This document shows, piece by piece, positions 23,447-36,466 of a DNA stretch of 64,000 nucleotides (position 1 is the stretch's first letter; the number at the start of each line of letters is the position of its first letter). This stretch comes from an uncultured candidatus Porisulfidus sp. (GTDB lineage: Bacteria > Pseudomonadota > Gammaproteobacteria > Poriferisulfidales > Poriferisulfidaceae): the NCBI GenBank assembly GCA_965204575.1, contig OZ241993.1, positions 1,040,586 through 1,104,585 of the forward strand. Reading direction: 5' to 3'. The notes beneath the pieces are model-generated. The model did not search any database. It was not told the DNA's origin and saw nothing but the letters and a program-made list of their open reading frames with translations. A program made the position numbers and the translations under genes.

Positions 23447-23641
23447 ATGCGCACCAATATCGAGATCAATGATAGTTTGATGGCAGAGGCCATGAAGGCG
23501 GGAGGATTCGAGACCAAGAAAGCTACTGTGGAGGAAGGATTGCGCCTGCTTGTGCAAACCCGATTACAGGGACGAATCCGGAAATTGCGCGGGAAGTTGC
23601 GCTGGGAGGATTCGCTTGACGAAATGCGGCGTGACCGGTGA
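23447..23641 (+). CDS. vapB: VapB-family antitoxin
   Basis: 64 aa. MRTNIEINDSLMAEAMKAGGFETKKATVEEGLRLLV is a typical VapB N-terminus. Confidence 0.8.
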   Translation: MRTNIEINDSLMAEAMKAGGFETKKATVEEGLRLLVQTRLQGRIRKLRGKLRWEDSLDEMRRDR

Positions 23642-24027
23642 TTGTCGTCGACTCCTCCGTCTGGATTGATTACTTCAACGGCACCGAGACCCGAGAAACC
23701 GCGCTGCTTGACGGAATCCTCGGCCTGGAACCGGTTATGGTGGGCGACCTTATTCTGGCGGAGGTTCTGCAAGGTTTCCACGCTGACCGCGACGTTCGCA
23801 GGGCGCGTATGGTGCTGGATACCCTATTGTTTGAGCCTATGCTGGGCCGCGGTATTGCTTTGGCCAGTGCTGCTAATTACCGGACACTTCGTGGCAAAGG
23901 TATTACCGTACGGAAAACCATTGACGTGCTAATCGCGACCTTTTGTATAGAAAATGGCCATGTCTTGCTTCACTCTGACCGGGACTTTGTCCCGATTGAA
24001 GAACACCTCGGACTAAAAGCCCTTTAG
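23638..24027 (+). CDS. vapC: VapC-family PIN-domain toxin
   Basis: MIVVDSSVWIDYF... is a PIN domain. It overlaps the vapB stop by 4 nt. Confidence 0.85.
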   Translation: MIVVDSSVWIDYFNGTETRETALLDGILGLEPVMVGDLILAEVLQGFHADRDVRRARMVLDTLLFEPMLGRGIALASAANYRTLRGKGITVRKTIDVLIATFCIENGHVLLHSDRDFVPIEEHLGLKAL

Positions 24028-24149
24028 CCATTGAATAGCCCTACAAGTTTTTCAGGGTGAGCATTTCGTTTGGTGGACAGGCCGGGATTGTTTTGGGGTG
24101 CGGTCGAGGATGGCTAGACTGTCATGGGTGGCTCTCCAGAAGCAATAGA

Positions 24150-24190
24150 TACTCTATTCCGTATACAATATGATTATACGCAATAGCGTG
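24150..24190 (+). promoter_or_regulatory. Palindromic operator-like sites upstream of hipB (second module)
   Basis: Two palindromes, aatagatactctatt and cgtatacaatatgattatacg, sit just upstream of the ATG at 24196. Confidence 0.35.
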
Positions 24191-24195
24191 TTTTC

Positions 24196-24468
24196 ATGTC
24201 ATTGGAACCGGAGTTGACAATGAATCAAATCGCCCGAACTGCGAAACAGGTCGGCGTGGCGGTGCGTCGCCATCGTCGTGCCTTGGGGTGGAGTCAAAGC
24301 GACCTCGGATCAAAAGCGGGCCTGCGCCAGGCGACGATATCGACGCTGGAGAGCGGAGAACCCGGGACGCGCTTGCGTACGCTGGTCGACGTCATGGCCG
24401 CGCTCGATCTTGAGGTGGTGATCCGGGACCGCTCCAAGGCTCCCAAGAGCATCGAGGAACTGTTCTGA
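24196..24468 (+). CDS. hipB: HipB-like XRE HTH antitoxin
   Basis: HTH IARTAKQVGVAVRRHRRALGWSQSDLGSKAGLRQATISTLESGE. Confidence 0.8.
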   Translation: MSLEPELTMNQIARTAKQVGVAVRRHRRALGWSQSDLGSKAGLRQATISTLESGEPGTRLRTLVDVMAALDLEVVIRDRSKAPKSIEELF

Positions 24469-25769
24469 TGGCGCGTCGGCGAACCCATATTCCTCTCGAC
24501 GTCTACCTCAATGGCCGTCTTGTCGGCCGGTTGCATCGGTCGGCGGGTGGAGCAGTAGAGTTCCGGTATGACGAGAGTTGGCTGAGTTGGGAGGGCGCCT
24601 TGCCGGTTTCACTCTCGCTGCCGCTGCGCGAGGAGCGCTATTCGGGTGATGCCGTCATCACGGTTCTGGACAATCTGCTTCCGGATGATGAAGCAGTTCG
24701 CCGCCGGGTCGCGGAGCGGGTCAGGGCCGAGAGCCATAGCGTTTACGATCTCCTGTCGAAGATCGGAAGGGATTGCGTGGGGGCCTTGCAGTTCCTGCCT
24801 CAAGGGTATGCGCCCGACCCGGTGGATGCGGTGGAAGGGCGACAGATTCCTGATGGCGAGGTTGCCGAAAGAATCCGCAGCCTTGCCATGACTCCGCTGG
24901 GCATCGACGAGACGGAAGCCTTCCGGATCTCGATTGCAGGCATGCAGGAGAAAACCGCTTTCCTCCACTGGGGAGGGGAGTGGCACCTCCCGCACGGCAC
25001 GACCGCGACGACCCACATCATGAAACCGCAGATTGGCGTATTGCCGAACGGGATTGATCTCACCCAGAGCGTGGAAAACGAGCATCTGTGCCTGAAGCTA
25101 ACTTCCGCTTTCGGGTTGCCCACCGCGCGCACGGCAATCACGGACTTCGACGATATCCGCGTGCTGGTGATCGAGCGTTTTGATCGGCGCTGGGACCAGG
25201 AAGAGCGATTGTTGCGGTTGCCTCAGGAAGACTGTTGCCAGGCGCTTTCGGTGCCGTCGTCTCTGAAATACGATGCCGACGGCGGCCCCGGAATGTCCGA
25301 TCTTCTCAACTTGCTGCAAGGCAGCGACACGCCATCGGTGGACCGGCGGCTGTTCCTGAAGTCTCAGATCGTGTTCTGGCTACTCGGTGCGACTGACGGG
25401 CACGCCAAGAACTTCTCCGTTTTCTTGGGACCCGGATCCCGGTTCAGCCTAACTCCTTTTTATGACGTGATGTCGACGCAGCCCGCCGTGTATGCGGGAA
25501 AGATCAGAAAGAACCAGTACAAATTCGCACTCGCGGTCGGCGACAATCGGCACTACGTCATGGACACGATCCTGCCGCGCCATTTCGTGCAAACGGCAGA
25601 AAGCAGTGGCGTGAAAGGTACGGTCGTTGAAGAGGTCTGCGCTGAAGTAGCGGGATCAGCCGAACACGCAATCGGTGAAGCGCTGGGTTCCTTGCCAGAG
25701 GATTTTCCGGAGGCGCTGGCCGACTCGATTATCCAGGGAGTGCGGGCGCGTTTGAAGCGGCTTCAGTAG
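24468..25769 (+). CDS. hipA: HipA-family type II toxin (Ser/Thr kinase)
   Basis: 433 aa. N-terminal HipA coupling region (LDVYLNGRLVGRL) and a kinase C-domain (ATDGHAKNFSVF). The start overlaps the hipB stop. Confidence 0.85.
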   Translation: MARRRTHIPLDVYLNGRLVGRLHRSAGGAVEFRYDESWLSWEGALPVSLSLPLREERYSGDAVITVLDNLLPDDEAVRRRVAERVRAESHSVYDLLSKIGRDCVGALQFLPQGYAPDPVDAVEGRQIPDGEVAERIRSLAMTPLGIDETEAFRISIAGMQEKTAFLHWGGEWHLPHGTTATTHIMKPQIGVLPNGIDLTQSVENEHLCLKLTSAFGLPTARTAITDFDDIRVLVIERFDRRWDQEERLLRLPQEDCCQALSVPSSLKYDADGGPGMSDLLNLLQGSDTPSVDRRLFLKSQIVFWLLGATDGHAKNFSVFLGPGSRFSLTPFYDVMSTQPAVYAGKIRKNQYKFALAVGDNRHYVMDTILPRHFVQTAESSGVKGTVVEEVCAEVAGSAEHAIGEALGSLPEDFPEALADSIIQGVRARLKRLQ

Positions 25770-26004
25770 ATGGCGGGTCGAGATCCGGGGATTTTTTCAG
25801 CAACTTGAACGCGAGATTGAACAGTAGTATCAGTCATTTCCATGTGTTTTCCCTGTAGCGGATATGCCCTGATCCTAACTCGATTCCCGTCGCGTCTGTC
25901 AAGTTTATCTATATAGTCCCCTTTTTAGGCATTGAATTCTTCTTCCCCGATCTCCGAGCTAGGGCGATTTTGGGGGATTTTTTCCGTTTGGGGTTGCCCA
26001 CCAA

Positions 26005-27830
26005 GAGATTTTCGAGCCGAAGAGGGTGATGTGGTCGGGTTTTGTGTCCAACCGCTGGGGGCTGAGGATGATTTTTGACGCTTCGGCGCCCTGTCGCGCA
26101 GGGCTCCGCTCGCCGCTCAGGCGGCCCGTGCCAGGGTCGCAGCCGAACCGGTCGTCACGAAGTGTCGTAGGCCAGGAACCCGGCCATTCGGTCCAGCGCC
26201 TGCCGGACCCGCTGCACATGAGCCGTCTGGAACACCAGCCGCCGGTTGCGGGCATGCCGCACCACCTTGGCCACCAGGTGGACCCAGCACAGGCGCACCT
26301 GCTTCATCCGGGTCCACAGCCAGTCGCGTCCGAACGCGGCATGCCGCAGCAGCGCGTTGACGTTGGCCGACAGCACCGCCAGCTGCCACCAGGCGGCGTT
26401 CGCCCCGAACTTCCCCGACGGCATCATGCCGCCGGCCAGGTCCTGCTTGAGCACGGCGTGCACCTCTTCGCCATGCCCGCAGCGCTCGTGCGCGAAGCGC
26501 ACCACCTCCGAGGCGGTCATCCCCAGGCCCGCCCCCTCCCCGGAGCGCCCCGGATACGGCAGGTTGGTCAGATAGACCCGGTAGCGGTACGCCGGACGCC
26601 CGGACCTCGCCGGCGTCTCGTCCGGGTTCACCCCCAACACGCCCGGCAAGACACGCCGGGTGCCGACATGGCGCAGCAGCTGCCCCCGGGACTGCCGCGC
26701 GCCCCACGGCGAGACATAATCCAGGTCGGCGCATTCCAGTTCCGGCTCCGAGGCCCGCACCGGCTCCCACCACTGCTCCGGCGTCGCCCCCACGGCCTCG
26801 CGTAGTTCTTCTCTCTGCGGCGCGCCGACCACGAAGCCGATCACGCCGAAGCGGCGCAATGCCGCCGGGCGCGAAGCCGGCACGTTGCAGAAGCGGATCA
26901 GCCGGTTCTGGCAACCCGCCCCGTCCGAACGCAGCCACACCCGCCGCACCTCCGGCGGCAGCCCCGACAGCACCCGCTGGAGCATCTCCAGGTTGCCCAC
27001 CGAGGCCGGCACGTTGCCGTCGCGGAACTGGCTCGCCAGCACCATGCCCAACTCCGGGCAGAACATCGACAGCGGCTGGTAGCCCCGCTCGCCCGGAACC
27101 TCGCCGGTCGAACTGCGGTAGGTCGGCTGCGCCTCGCGCTTGCCCGAGGCCAGCACCGTCGCATCCAGGTCCAGGGTCAACTCGTCCAGCCCCAGGCGCC
27201 GGATCAGGCCCCGCGCCAGCCGCCGGTTGACCGCCTCGACCAGTTGCAGGGCCGCCGCCGGCTCCGGCACCACCGCCGCGCCCTTCACGCGCGCCGCACC
27301 GGCCGCCGCATCATGGAAACGCCGCAGCCAGTCATGCACCGCATTGGCGGACGGGAAGGTGCGCCCGCGCCCCCCGCGGAAGCGCGCCGCCAGCCCCGCC
27401 GGCATCACCCCCAGAAGCTCCGGTTCGTAGTCGCGCACCAGTCGGCACAGGCTGCGGTCCGCCTCCAGCGCGTCCACGTCCGAGACCCGCTCGTGACCGA
27501 TCACGTTGAGCAGCAGCACGGTCAGCATCATCTGGCCGTCGCGCCAGCCCTGCGCCCCGGCCACCTGCACCGGAAGGGTCCGAAACGCCCCGCTGCGGCG
27601 CAGCAGCTCCAGCCACAGCACGGCCCCGCCACAGGCGCTGGTTCGGCTTAACTTGGGGTCGCCCCCAATGGCGACCAAAGGGGAAAAGTTCGACATATAA
27701 TGAGACTCCCGGTTGGTTGTTCCCGGTTCACCCAATGGGTGAAACTTTTGCACCACCGATTTTAACCGTTTCACTCGGTTAAATAAGCGCCAACCGGGAC
27801 CTCGCTCTCATTTAGCTCGGATATCGGGGT
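26005..27830 (-). mobile_element. IS1380-family insertion sequence (ends approximate)
   Basis: Contains the DDE transposase at 26155-27696. Terminal inverted repeats could not be defined confidently. Confidence 0.4.
26155..27696 (-). CDS. IS1380-family DDE transposase
   Basis: The C-terminal signature HAVLKQDLAGGMMPSGKFGANAAWWQLAVLSANVNALL fits the conserved H-x-K-x-LK...SGKF-AN-W...LA-N pattern of IS1380 transposases. An ATG at 27696 has a GGGAG SD; there is an upstream in-frame GTG at 27774. Confidence 0.7.
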   Translation of the reverse strand: MSNFSPLVAIGGDPKLSRTSACGGAVLWLELLRRSGAFRTLPVQVAGAQGWRDGQMMLTVLLLNVIGHERVSDVDALEADRSLCRLVRDYEPELLGVMPAGLAARFRGGRGRTFPSANAVHDWLRRFHDAAAGAARVKGAAVVPEPAAALQLVEAVNRRLARGLIRRLGLDELTLDLDATVLASGKREAQPTYRSSTGEVPGERGYQPLSMFCPELGMVLASQFRDGNVPASVGNLEMLQRVLSGLPPEVRRVWLRSDGAGCQNRLIRFCNVPASRPAALRRFGVIGFVVGAPQREELREAVGATPEQWWEPVRASEPELECADLDYVSPWGARQSRGQLLRHVGTRRVLPGVLGVNPDETPARSGRPAYRYRVYLTNLPYPGRSGEGAGLGMTASEVVRFAHERCGHGEEVHAVLKQDLAGGMMPSGKFGANAAWWQLAVLSANVNALLRHAAFGRDWLWTRMKQVRLCWVHLVAKVVRHARNRRLVFQTAHVQRVRQALDRMAGFLAYDTS

Positions 27831-27871
27831 TCTTTATTTCCTCCTATAATAAGTAAAGGAGGATTTTATAG

Positions 27872-28126
27872 ATGCCTTTAAACATCAAAAATATTGCTAC
27901 TCATGCGTTAGCAAAGAAAATCGCAACCTTAACTGGGGAGTCTATGACTAAGGTTGTCACAGAGGCTCTCCAGGAGAAATTGGTGCAAGTGGAAAAGGCA
28001 AAAGGCCGCGTTGGACTGGCGGAGGAACTTGATCGCATTGCCTTGCACTGTGCCAGTCTACCAAGGCGCGATGACAGAAGCCCCGACGAGATCATTGGTT
28101 ACGACGACCACGGGCTACCCCAGTGA
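27872..28126 (+). CDS. vapB: VapB-family antitoxin
   Basis: 84 aa. MPLNIKNIATHALAKKIATLTGESMTKVVTEALQEKL. Confidence 0.75.
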   Translation: MPLNIKNIATHALAKKIATLTGESMTKVVTEALQEKLVQVEKAKGRVGLAEELDRIALHCASLPRRDDRSPDEIIGYDDHGLPQ

Positions 28127-28544
28127 TCGCCATTGATGCGTCTGCTCTCATCGCGATTCTGAGCGATGAACCGGAACGAAGTGGTTTCAACAAACTGATC
28201 GAGTCGGAAGAATTTGCGTACATTAGTGCTGCCAGCCTACTTGAGACCCGTATAGTTCTGTTTTCTCGCTTTGGTGACGATGGAGTCTTGGCTTTGGATT
28301 CGTTCCTTCTGAAAAGTGGCATCACTGTTGTCGAGGTCTCTCCCCGCATGGGCGCATTGCATTTGAGGCATACCAGCGTTTTGGCAAAGGGACAGGCCAT
28401 GGCGCATCTCTAAATTACGGAGACTGTTTTTCGTATGCTTTGGCAAAATATCTGGATGCTCCACTTCTCTTTAAGGGCGATGACTTTTCCAAAACAGACA
28501 TTTTCTCGACGTTGGTCGATACAGGAGAAACAGGTCAGCACTGA
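28123..28544 (+). pseudogene. vapC: VapC PIN-domain toxin interrupted by a frameshift
   Basis: The N-terminal PIN region (MIAIDASALIAIL...) reads to about 28385. The conserved C-terminal part (IAFEAYQRFGKGTGHGASLNYGDCFSYALAKYLDAPLLFKGDDFSKTDI) continues in the -1 frame, up to the stop at 28544. Confidence 0.7.
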
Positions 28545-28703
28545 GCAAGTGACTGAAGATCAAATGTCTGCATTGATCCTTGTCGCATGTGGATTGTAAA
28601 ACTGCAAAACTGATGTCCAAGACAAATCACTGGTGTTGTACCTCAGAGTTGAACCTGGGTCTTATAAAATATCCCGGTATCGGATTCATACAGGAACGGT
28701 AAC

Positions 28704-29579
28704 ATGGGAAATACCGAGGAATGCTATAAAGTTTGCCGTGAGAATATATCGGAGGCAGGACTATGGGTAGTGAAGTCAGAATATTGCGTGGTCCGTGCTT
28801 TGAGATCTCCACGGTGGTCAAAAACTTCTCAGCGTGACGAATCATCTAGGCCAGGTGTTTACATTCTTGCTGATGGAGCTAAAGAAAAGATTTACATTGG
28901 TCAAACCGATACTCTTCAGAAGAGAATACGTACTCATAAAAATAATAGATTCGATTGGTGGGAAGAAATGTTGTGGATTACCCCGGATGGAAGCTACCGG
29001 TTCGGGACAGACCGTAGACGCTACGTGGAATCCAAGCTGATAAGCCAAGCCCGGAAGCAAGAGATCGAATTGAAAAATGATCAGTTTCCAGAACCACCTC
29101 AGCTAGACCTAGATGAGCAAAAAGACCTAGATGAAAAGGTTCTAAATCCCATTCTCCAGATATTTATTCCTTTGATGATGGGCTTCAATTTTGTGTTGCC
29201 ATCGCCCCAGAGAGATACTGAACCAGGTTGTACTGAGTTTGAAATTATTCCGCAACAAGAGAGCATCAAGGCCTTTGCGAAGATAGTTGGCGGCAAATGG
29301 ATTGTGCAAAAAGGTTCTCAAGCCCGCAAAGATTGGATGGGAGGTGCGAGAACGAAAGAGCTCATTAAGGGGGCATACCACAATCTGTATCAGTCTTTAA
29401 AGAAACAGGATATTCTTCGCGAATACGAGGAATTCTGTGTTTTCACCGAAGACCATGAATTTGATAGTCCTAGTGCGGCCGCATCTGTCATCTACGGACG
29501 ACAGGCCGCGGGTCCTCGCAATTGGAATGTGAGAGGCGAAGACAAAACCTACCGGGAATGGGAAAAAGAGAACCTATAA
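28704..29579 (+). CDS. GIY-YIG nuclease-domain protein with a C-terminal DUF4357 domain
   Basis: GVYIL...KIYIGQT...R...E gives the GIY-YIG core. The C-terminal [22 protein letters not shown] resembles DUF4357. Confidence 0.6.
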   Translation: MGNTEECYKVCRENISEAGLWVVKSEYCVVRALRSPRWSKTSQRDESSRPGVYILADGAKEKIYIGQTDTLQKRIRTHKNNRFDWWEEMLWITPDGSYRFGTDRRRYVESKLISQARKQEIELKNDQFPEPPQLDLDEQKDLDEKVLNPILQIFIPLMMGFNFVLPSPQRDTEPGCTEFEIIPQQESIKAFAKIVGGKWIVQKGSQARKDWMGGARTKELIKGAYHNLYQSLKKQDILREYEEFCVFTEDHEFDSPSAAASVIYGRQAAGPRNWNVRGEDKTYREWEKENL

Positions 29580-29587
29580 ATCCTCCA

Positions 29588-31513
29588 GTGCCTGTCGTAA
29601 CCCTTCCTGACGGTTCCACCCGCGAGTTCAAGCAGCCGGTCACGGTGATGCAGATCGCCGAGGACATCGGTGCGGGCCTTGCCAAGGCGGCATTGGCCGG
29701 CCGGGTCAACGGGCGGTTGGTGGATGCCTGCGTCGAGGTGGACGAGGACGCCGAAGTTTCCATCATCACCAATCGCGACGAGGAAGGCATCGAGATCCTG
29801 CGCCATTCGCTGGCACACATGCTGGGGCAGGCGGTCAAGCAACTGTATCCAGACGCCCAGATGGCGGTCGGCCCGGTGATCAAGGACGGGTTCTACTACG
29901 ACATCGCCCACAAGGAATCCTTCACCGAGGAAGACCTTGAGAAGATCGAGGCCAAGGTGCAGGAGCTGATCGCACAGGACTATGACGTGCTGCGCGAAGT
30001 GGTGACCCGAGAGCGGGCCCGCGAAGAATTCGAGGGACGTGGCGAAACCTACAAGGTGCAGATCGTCGACGAGATCCCGGAAGGCGAGGAAATCGCGCTG
30101 TACCACCACCAGGAATACGTCGACATGTGTCGTGGCCCGCATGTCCCGAACACCCGCCACCTGCGGGCGTTCAAGTTGACCAAACTGGCGGGCGCCTACT
30201 GGCGGGGCGACTCCCGCAACGAGATGCTGCAGCGCATCTACGGCACCGTCTGGCCGGACGCCAAGCAGCTTCGGGCCTACCTCCACCGGCTGGAGGAAGC
30301 GCAGAAGCGCGACCACCGCAAGCTGGGGCGCGCGATGGACCTGTTCCATTTCCAGGAGGAAGCGCCGGGCATGGTGTTCTGGCACGCCAACGGCTGGATC
30401 CTGTATCGCCAGTTGGAAAGTTACATTCGCGAACGCCTGGACCAGACGGGCTACCAGGAGGTGCACACTCCGCAGATACTGGATCGCAGCCTTTGGGAGC
30501 GGTCCGGGCACTGGGACAAGTTCGGCGAGATGATCTTCACCACCGAGTCCGAGAACCGCGAGTACGCGGTCAAGCCGATGAACTGCCCGGGTCATGTCCA
30601 GTTGTTCAACCAGGGGCTCAAGAGTTACCGGGACCTGCCGTTGCGCATGGCCGAATTCGGCACCGTGCACCGCAACGAGCCGTCGGGCACCCTGCACGGG
30701 CTGATGCGGGCGCGCCGCTTCGTGCAGGACGACGCGCACATCTTCTGCACACCGGAACAGCTGCAGGACGAGATTGCCGAGTTGATCGAACTGACGCGTT
30801 CGACTTACCGGGACTTCGGATTCGAAGACATCATATTGGGCCTGTCGACCCGCCCGGAGCGGAGGATCGGCGAGGATGCCCTGTGGGACCGGGCCGAGAA
30901 GGCGTTGGACGAGGCGATGACCGCGACCGGCCTGGAATTCGCCGTGCATCCGGGCGAGGGCGCGTTCTACGGGCCGAAGATCGAGTTCACCTTGACCGAC
31001 TGCATCGGGCGCGAATGGCAGTGCGGCACGATCCAGCTGGATTTCTCCATGCCGGACCGCCTCGGTGCCCGGTACGTGGACGAGAACAGCGAGAAGGTGG
31101 TGCCGGTCATGATTCATCGTGCCATCTTCGGCTCGCTGGAACGGTTCATCGGCATCCTGATCGAACACTACGCCGGGGACCTGCCGCTGTGGCTGGCGCC
31201 CCGCCAGGCAGTGGTGCTGAACATCACCGATGCCCAGGCCGACTATGCCCGGGAGGCCATGGCACGGTTGCAGGCAGCCGGCGTGCGGGCGCAGAGCGAT
31301 CTTCGAAACGAGAAAATCTCCTTTAAAATACGCGAGCACACGCTCGCGCACGTCCCGTACCTGCTGGTAGTGGGCGATCGGGAACAGGAAAACCGGGCTG
31401 TCGCGGTGCGAGCGCGGGACGGCACGGACCTGGGGCCGGTGCCGCTGGATGAACTGGCGGAGCGGTTTGCTGTTACAATTCGCGCTCGCCGATCAAATCT
31501 GATGGAGGATTGA
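29588..31513 (+). CDS. thrS: Threonyl-tRNA synthetase
   Basis: 641 aa from a GTG. TGS domain ([26 protein letters not shown]), editing domain, class II core and anticodon-binding domain. Confidence 0.93.
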   Translation: MPVVTLPDGSTREFKQPVTVMQIAEDIGAGLAKAALAGRVNGRLVDACVEVDEDAEVSIITNRDEEGIEILRHSLAHMLGQAVKQLYPDAQMAVGPVIKDGFYYDIAHKESFTEEDLEKIEAKVQELIAQDYDVLREVVTRERAREEFEGRGETYKVQIVDEIPEGEEIALYHHQEYVDMCRGPHVPNTRHLRAFKLTKLAGAYWRGDSRNEMLQRIYGTVWPDAKQLRAYLHRLEEAQKRDHRKLGRAMDLFHFQEEAPGMVFWHANGWILYRQLESYIRERLDQTGYQEVHTPQILDRSLWERSGHWDKFGEMIFTTESENREYAVKPMNCPGHVQLFNQGLKSYRDLPLRMAEFGTVHRNEPSGTLHGLMRARRFVQDDAHIFCTPEQLQDEIAELIELTRSTYRDFGFEDIILGLSTRPERRIGEDALWDRAEKALDEAMTATGLEFAVHPGEGAFYGPKIEFTLTDCIGREWQCGTIQLDFSMPDRLGARYVDENSEKVVPVMIHRAIFGSLERFIGILIEHYAGDLPLWLAPRQAVVLNITDAQADYAREAMARLQAAGVRAQSDLRNEKISFKIREHTLAHVPYLLVVGDREQENRAVAVRARDGTDLGPVPLDELAERFAVTIRARRSNLMED

Positions 31514-32034
31514 GTATCAGCGCAGAGAAAGAGATTCGCCTCAACGAGGACATCAGCGTACCGCGCGTGCGGCTGATTGACGAGGGCGGCATCAACCGGG
31601 GCGTCATGGGCCTTCGCGAGGCCCGGCAACTGGCCACCGATGCCGACATGGATCTGGTTGAGATTTCCCCCAACACCGAGCCCCCCGTGTGCAAGGTCAT
31701 GGATTACGGGAAATTCTGTTTCGAGCGAAAGAAGAAGGCCCAGCAGGCCCGCAAGAAGCAGAAGCAGATCCAGATCAAGGAAGTCAAGTTCCGGCCCGGC
31801 ACCGAAGAGGGTGACTACCAGGTCAAGCTTCGCAACCTGAAACGGTTCCTGGGCGACGGGGACAAGACCAAGGTGACGATTCGCTTCCGCGGCCGGGAAC
31901 TGCACCACCGCGAACTGGGGGAGCAGAAGCTGAGCCGGATCGAGGACGATCTCCAGGAATACGGCGAAATCGAGCAACACCCGAAAATGGAAGGCCGCCA
32001 AATGGTCATGGTGGTCGCCCCTCGCCGCCGCTAA
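31510..32034 (+). CDS. infC: Translation initiation factor IF-3
   Basis: [14 protein letters not shown]...[22 protein letters not shown]. Non-AUG start region (TTG/AUU-type) overlapping the thrS stop, as is usual for infC. Confidence 0.85.
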   Translation: MSISAEKEIRLNEDISVPRVRLIDEGGINRGVMGLREARQLATDADMDLVEISPNTEPPVCKVMDYGKFCFERKKKAQQARKKQKQIQIKEVKFRPGTEEGDYQVKLRNLKRFLGDGDKTKVTIRFRGRELHHRELGEQKLSRIEDDLQEYGEIEQHPKMEGRQMVMVVAPRRR

Positions 32035-32059
32035 TCTGCCACAGACTCACCGAACGATC

Positions 32060-32257
32060 ATGCCCAAACTCAAGACCAACCGGGGTGCGGCCAAGCGGTT
32101 CCGCAAGACGGCCAGCGGCAGGTTCAAGTGCCGCCAGTCGCATCGCAACCACATCCTGACCAAGAAGAGCACCAAGCGCAAGCGCGCCCTGCGCTCTCCG
32201 GATCACCTCGAATCCTCGGATGCCGCCTTGGCACGGCGGCTGTTGCCCTACATCTGA
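32060..32257 (+). CDS. rpmI: 50S ribosomal protein L35
   Basis: [23 protein letters not shown]. Confidence 0.9.
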   Translation: MPKLKTNRGAAKRFRKTASGRFKCRQSHRNHILTKKSTKRKRALRSPDHLESSDAALARRLLPYI

Positions 32258-32263
32258 CCGGCC

Positions 32264-32629
32264 ATGCCCCGAGTCAAACGCGGCGTCACCACCCATGCTC
32301 GCCACCGCAAGGTGCGGCGGCAGGCGCGTGGCTACTATGGCGCGCGCAGCCGGACGTTCCGTTCCGCCAACCAGGCGGTGATCCGCGCAGGACAGTATGC
32401 GTACCGCGACCGCCGTACGCGCAAGCAGGACTTCCGCCGGCTGTGGATCGTGCGCATCAACGCGGCGGCCCGGATGTGCGGCCTGTCGTACAGCCGCCTG
32501 ATGCACGGCCTGGCCCAGGCGGAGATCGAGATCGACCGCAAGATGCTGGCGGACCTCGCGATGAACGAGTTCGACACGTTTGCGCAACTGGCGGATCAGG
32601 CCAAGGCCCGGTTGTCCGCGAGTTCTTGA
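32264..32629 (+). CDS. rplT: 50S ribosomal protein L20
   Basis: [17 protein letters not shown]... Confidence 0.93.
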   Translation: MPRVKRGVTTHARHRKVRRQARGYYGARSRTFRSANQAVIRAGQYAYRDRRTRKQDFRRLWIVRINAAARMCGLSYSRLMHGLAQAEIEIDRKMLADLAMNEFDTFAQLADQAKARLSASS

Positions 32630-35669
<3,040 letters not shown>

Positions 35670-35685
<16 letters not shown>

Positions 35686-35963
35686 CCAAAACCGACCTGG
35701 CAGCCCGTCTGGTCGATCAGATTGGCCTCAACCGGGCGGAGTCCCGCGAGTTGGTGGATGCCTTATTGAACGAGATCAGCGCAGCACTCTGCGCGGGCGA
35801 GGACGTCCGCTTGTGGGGCTTCGGCAATTTCATCCTGCGCGACAAGGCGGCGAGGCCCGGCCGCAACCCGCGCAACGGCGAAGAGACGGTCATCGTTCCT
35901 CGGCGGGTGGTGACTTTCCGCCCGGGGCAGAAATTGCGCAAGAAGATGGAAGGCCATGAATGA
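35670..35963 (+). CDS. ihfA: Integration host factor alpha subunit
   Basis: MGKTLTKTDLAARLVDQIGLNRAESRELVDALL...GRNPRNGEE. Confidence 0.9.
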
Positions 35964-36303
35964 GAATGGAAGAGAGGGTCAGGCCGTCCTGCCAAACAAG
36001 CGGTATTTCACGATAGGAGAAGTCAGCAATTTATGCCAGGTTAAGGATCATGTATTGCGGTACTGGGAAAAGGAGATTCCGGCACTGAGTCCGAAACGCC
36101 GGCGCGGGCGGCGGTACTATCAACGTGAAGACGTCTACCTGATTCGAGAGATTCAGGCCTTGATGCAGGAAGGATACACCCTGGAGGGGGCCCGGCAGAA
36201 ACTCCAGGGGCGGTCTCCGGTTCCGCAGGACACGGCGCAGACCCAGGCCATACGGCAGGCCGTGGCGGAGCTTGAGAAAGTCGCCGAGATGCTCAAGGAG
36301 TAG
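35956..36303 (+). CDS. MerR-family transcriptional regulator
   Basis: HTH YFTIGEVSNLCQVKDHVLRYWE. This is the conserved partner gene downstream of ihfA in many gammaproteobacteria. Confidence 0.75.
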   Translation: MNENGREGQAVLPNKRYFTIGEVSNLCQVKDHVLRYWEKEIPALSPKRRRGRRYYQREDVYLIREIQALMQEGYTLEGARQKLQGRSPVPQDTAQTQAIRQAVAELEKVAEMLKE

Positions 36304-36355
36304 GGGTGACGAAAAGGTTGGGCGGGAGAAGGGTCCCGCGGCGTTCGGATACGGG

Positions 36356-36433
<78 letters not shown>

Positions 36434-36466
36434 GTCCCGCCGTGGAAATCCGGGTTCGGCCCGACC

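Noticed and set aside
26155-27774. A transposase start at the upstream GTG 27774 (539 aa).
   Set aside because: ATG 27696 is preceded by a GGGAG Shine-Dalgarno and gives a length closer to IS1380 transposases. The upstream GTG extension is retained only as an alternative.
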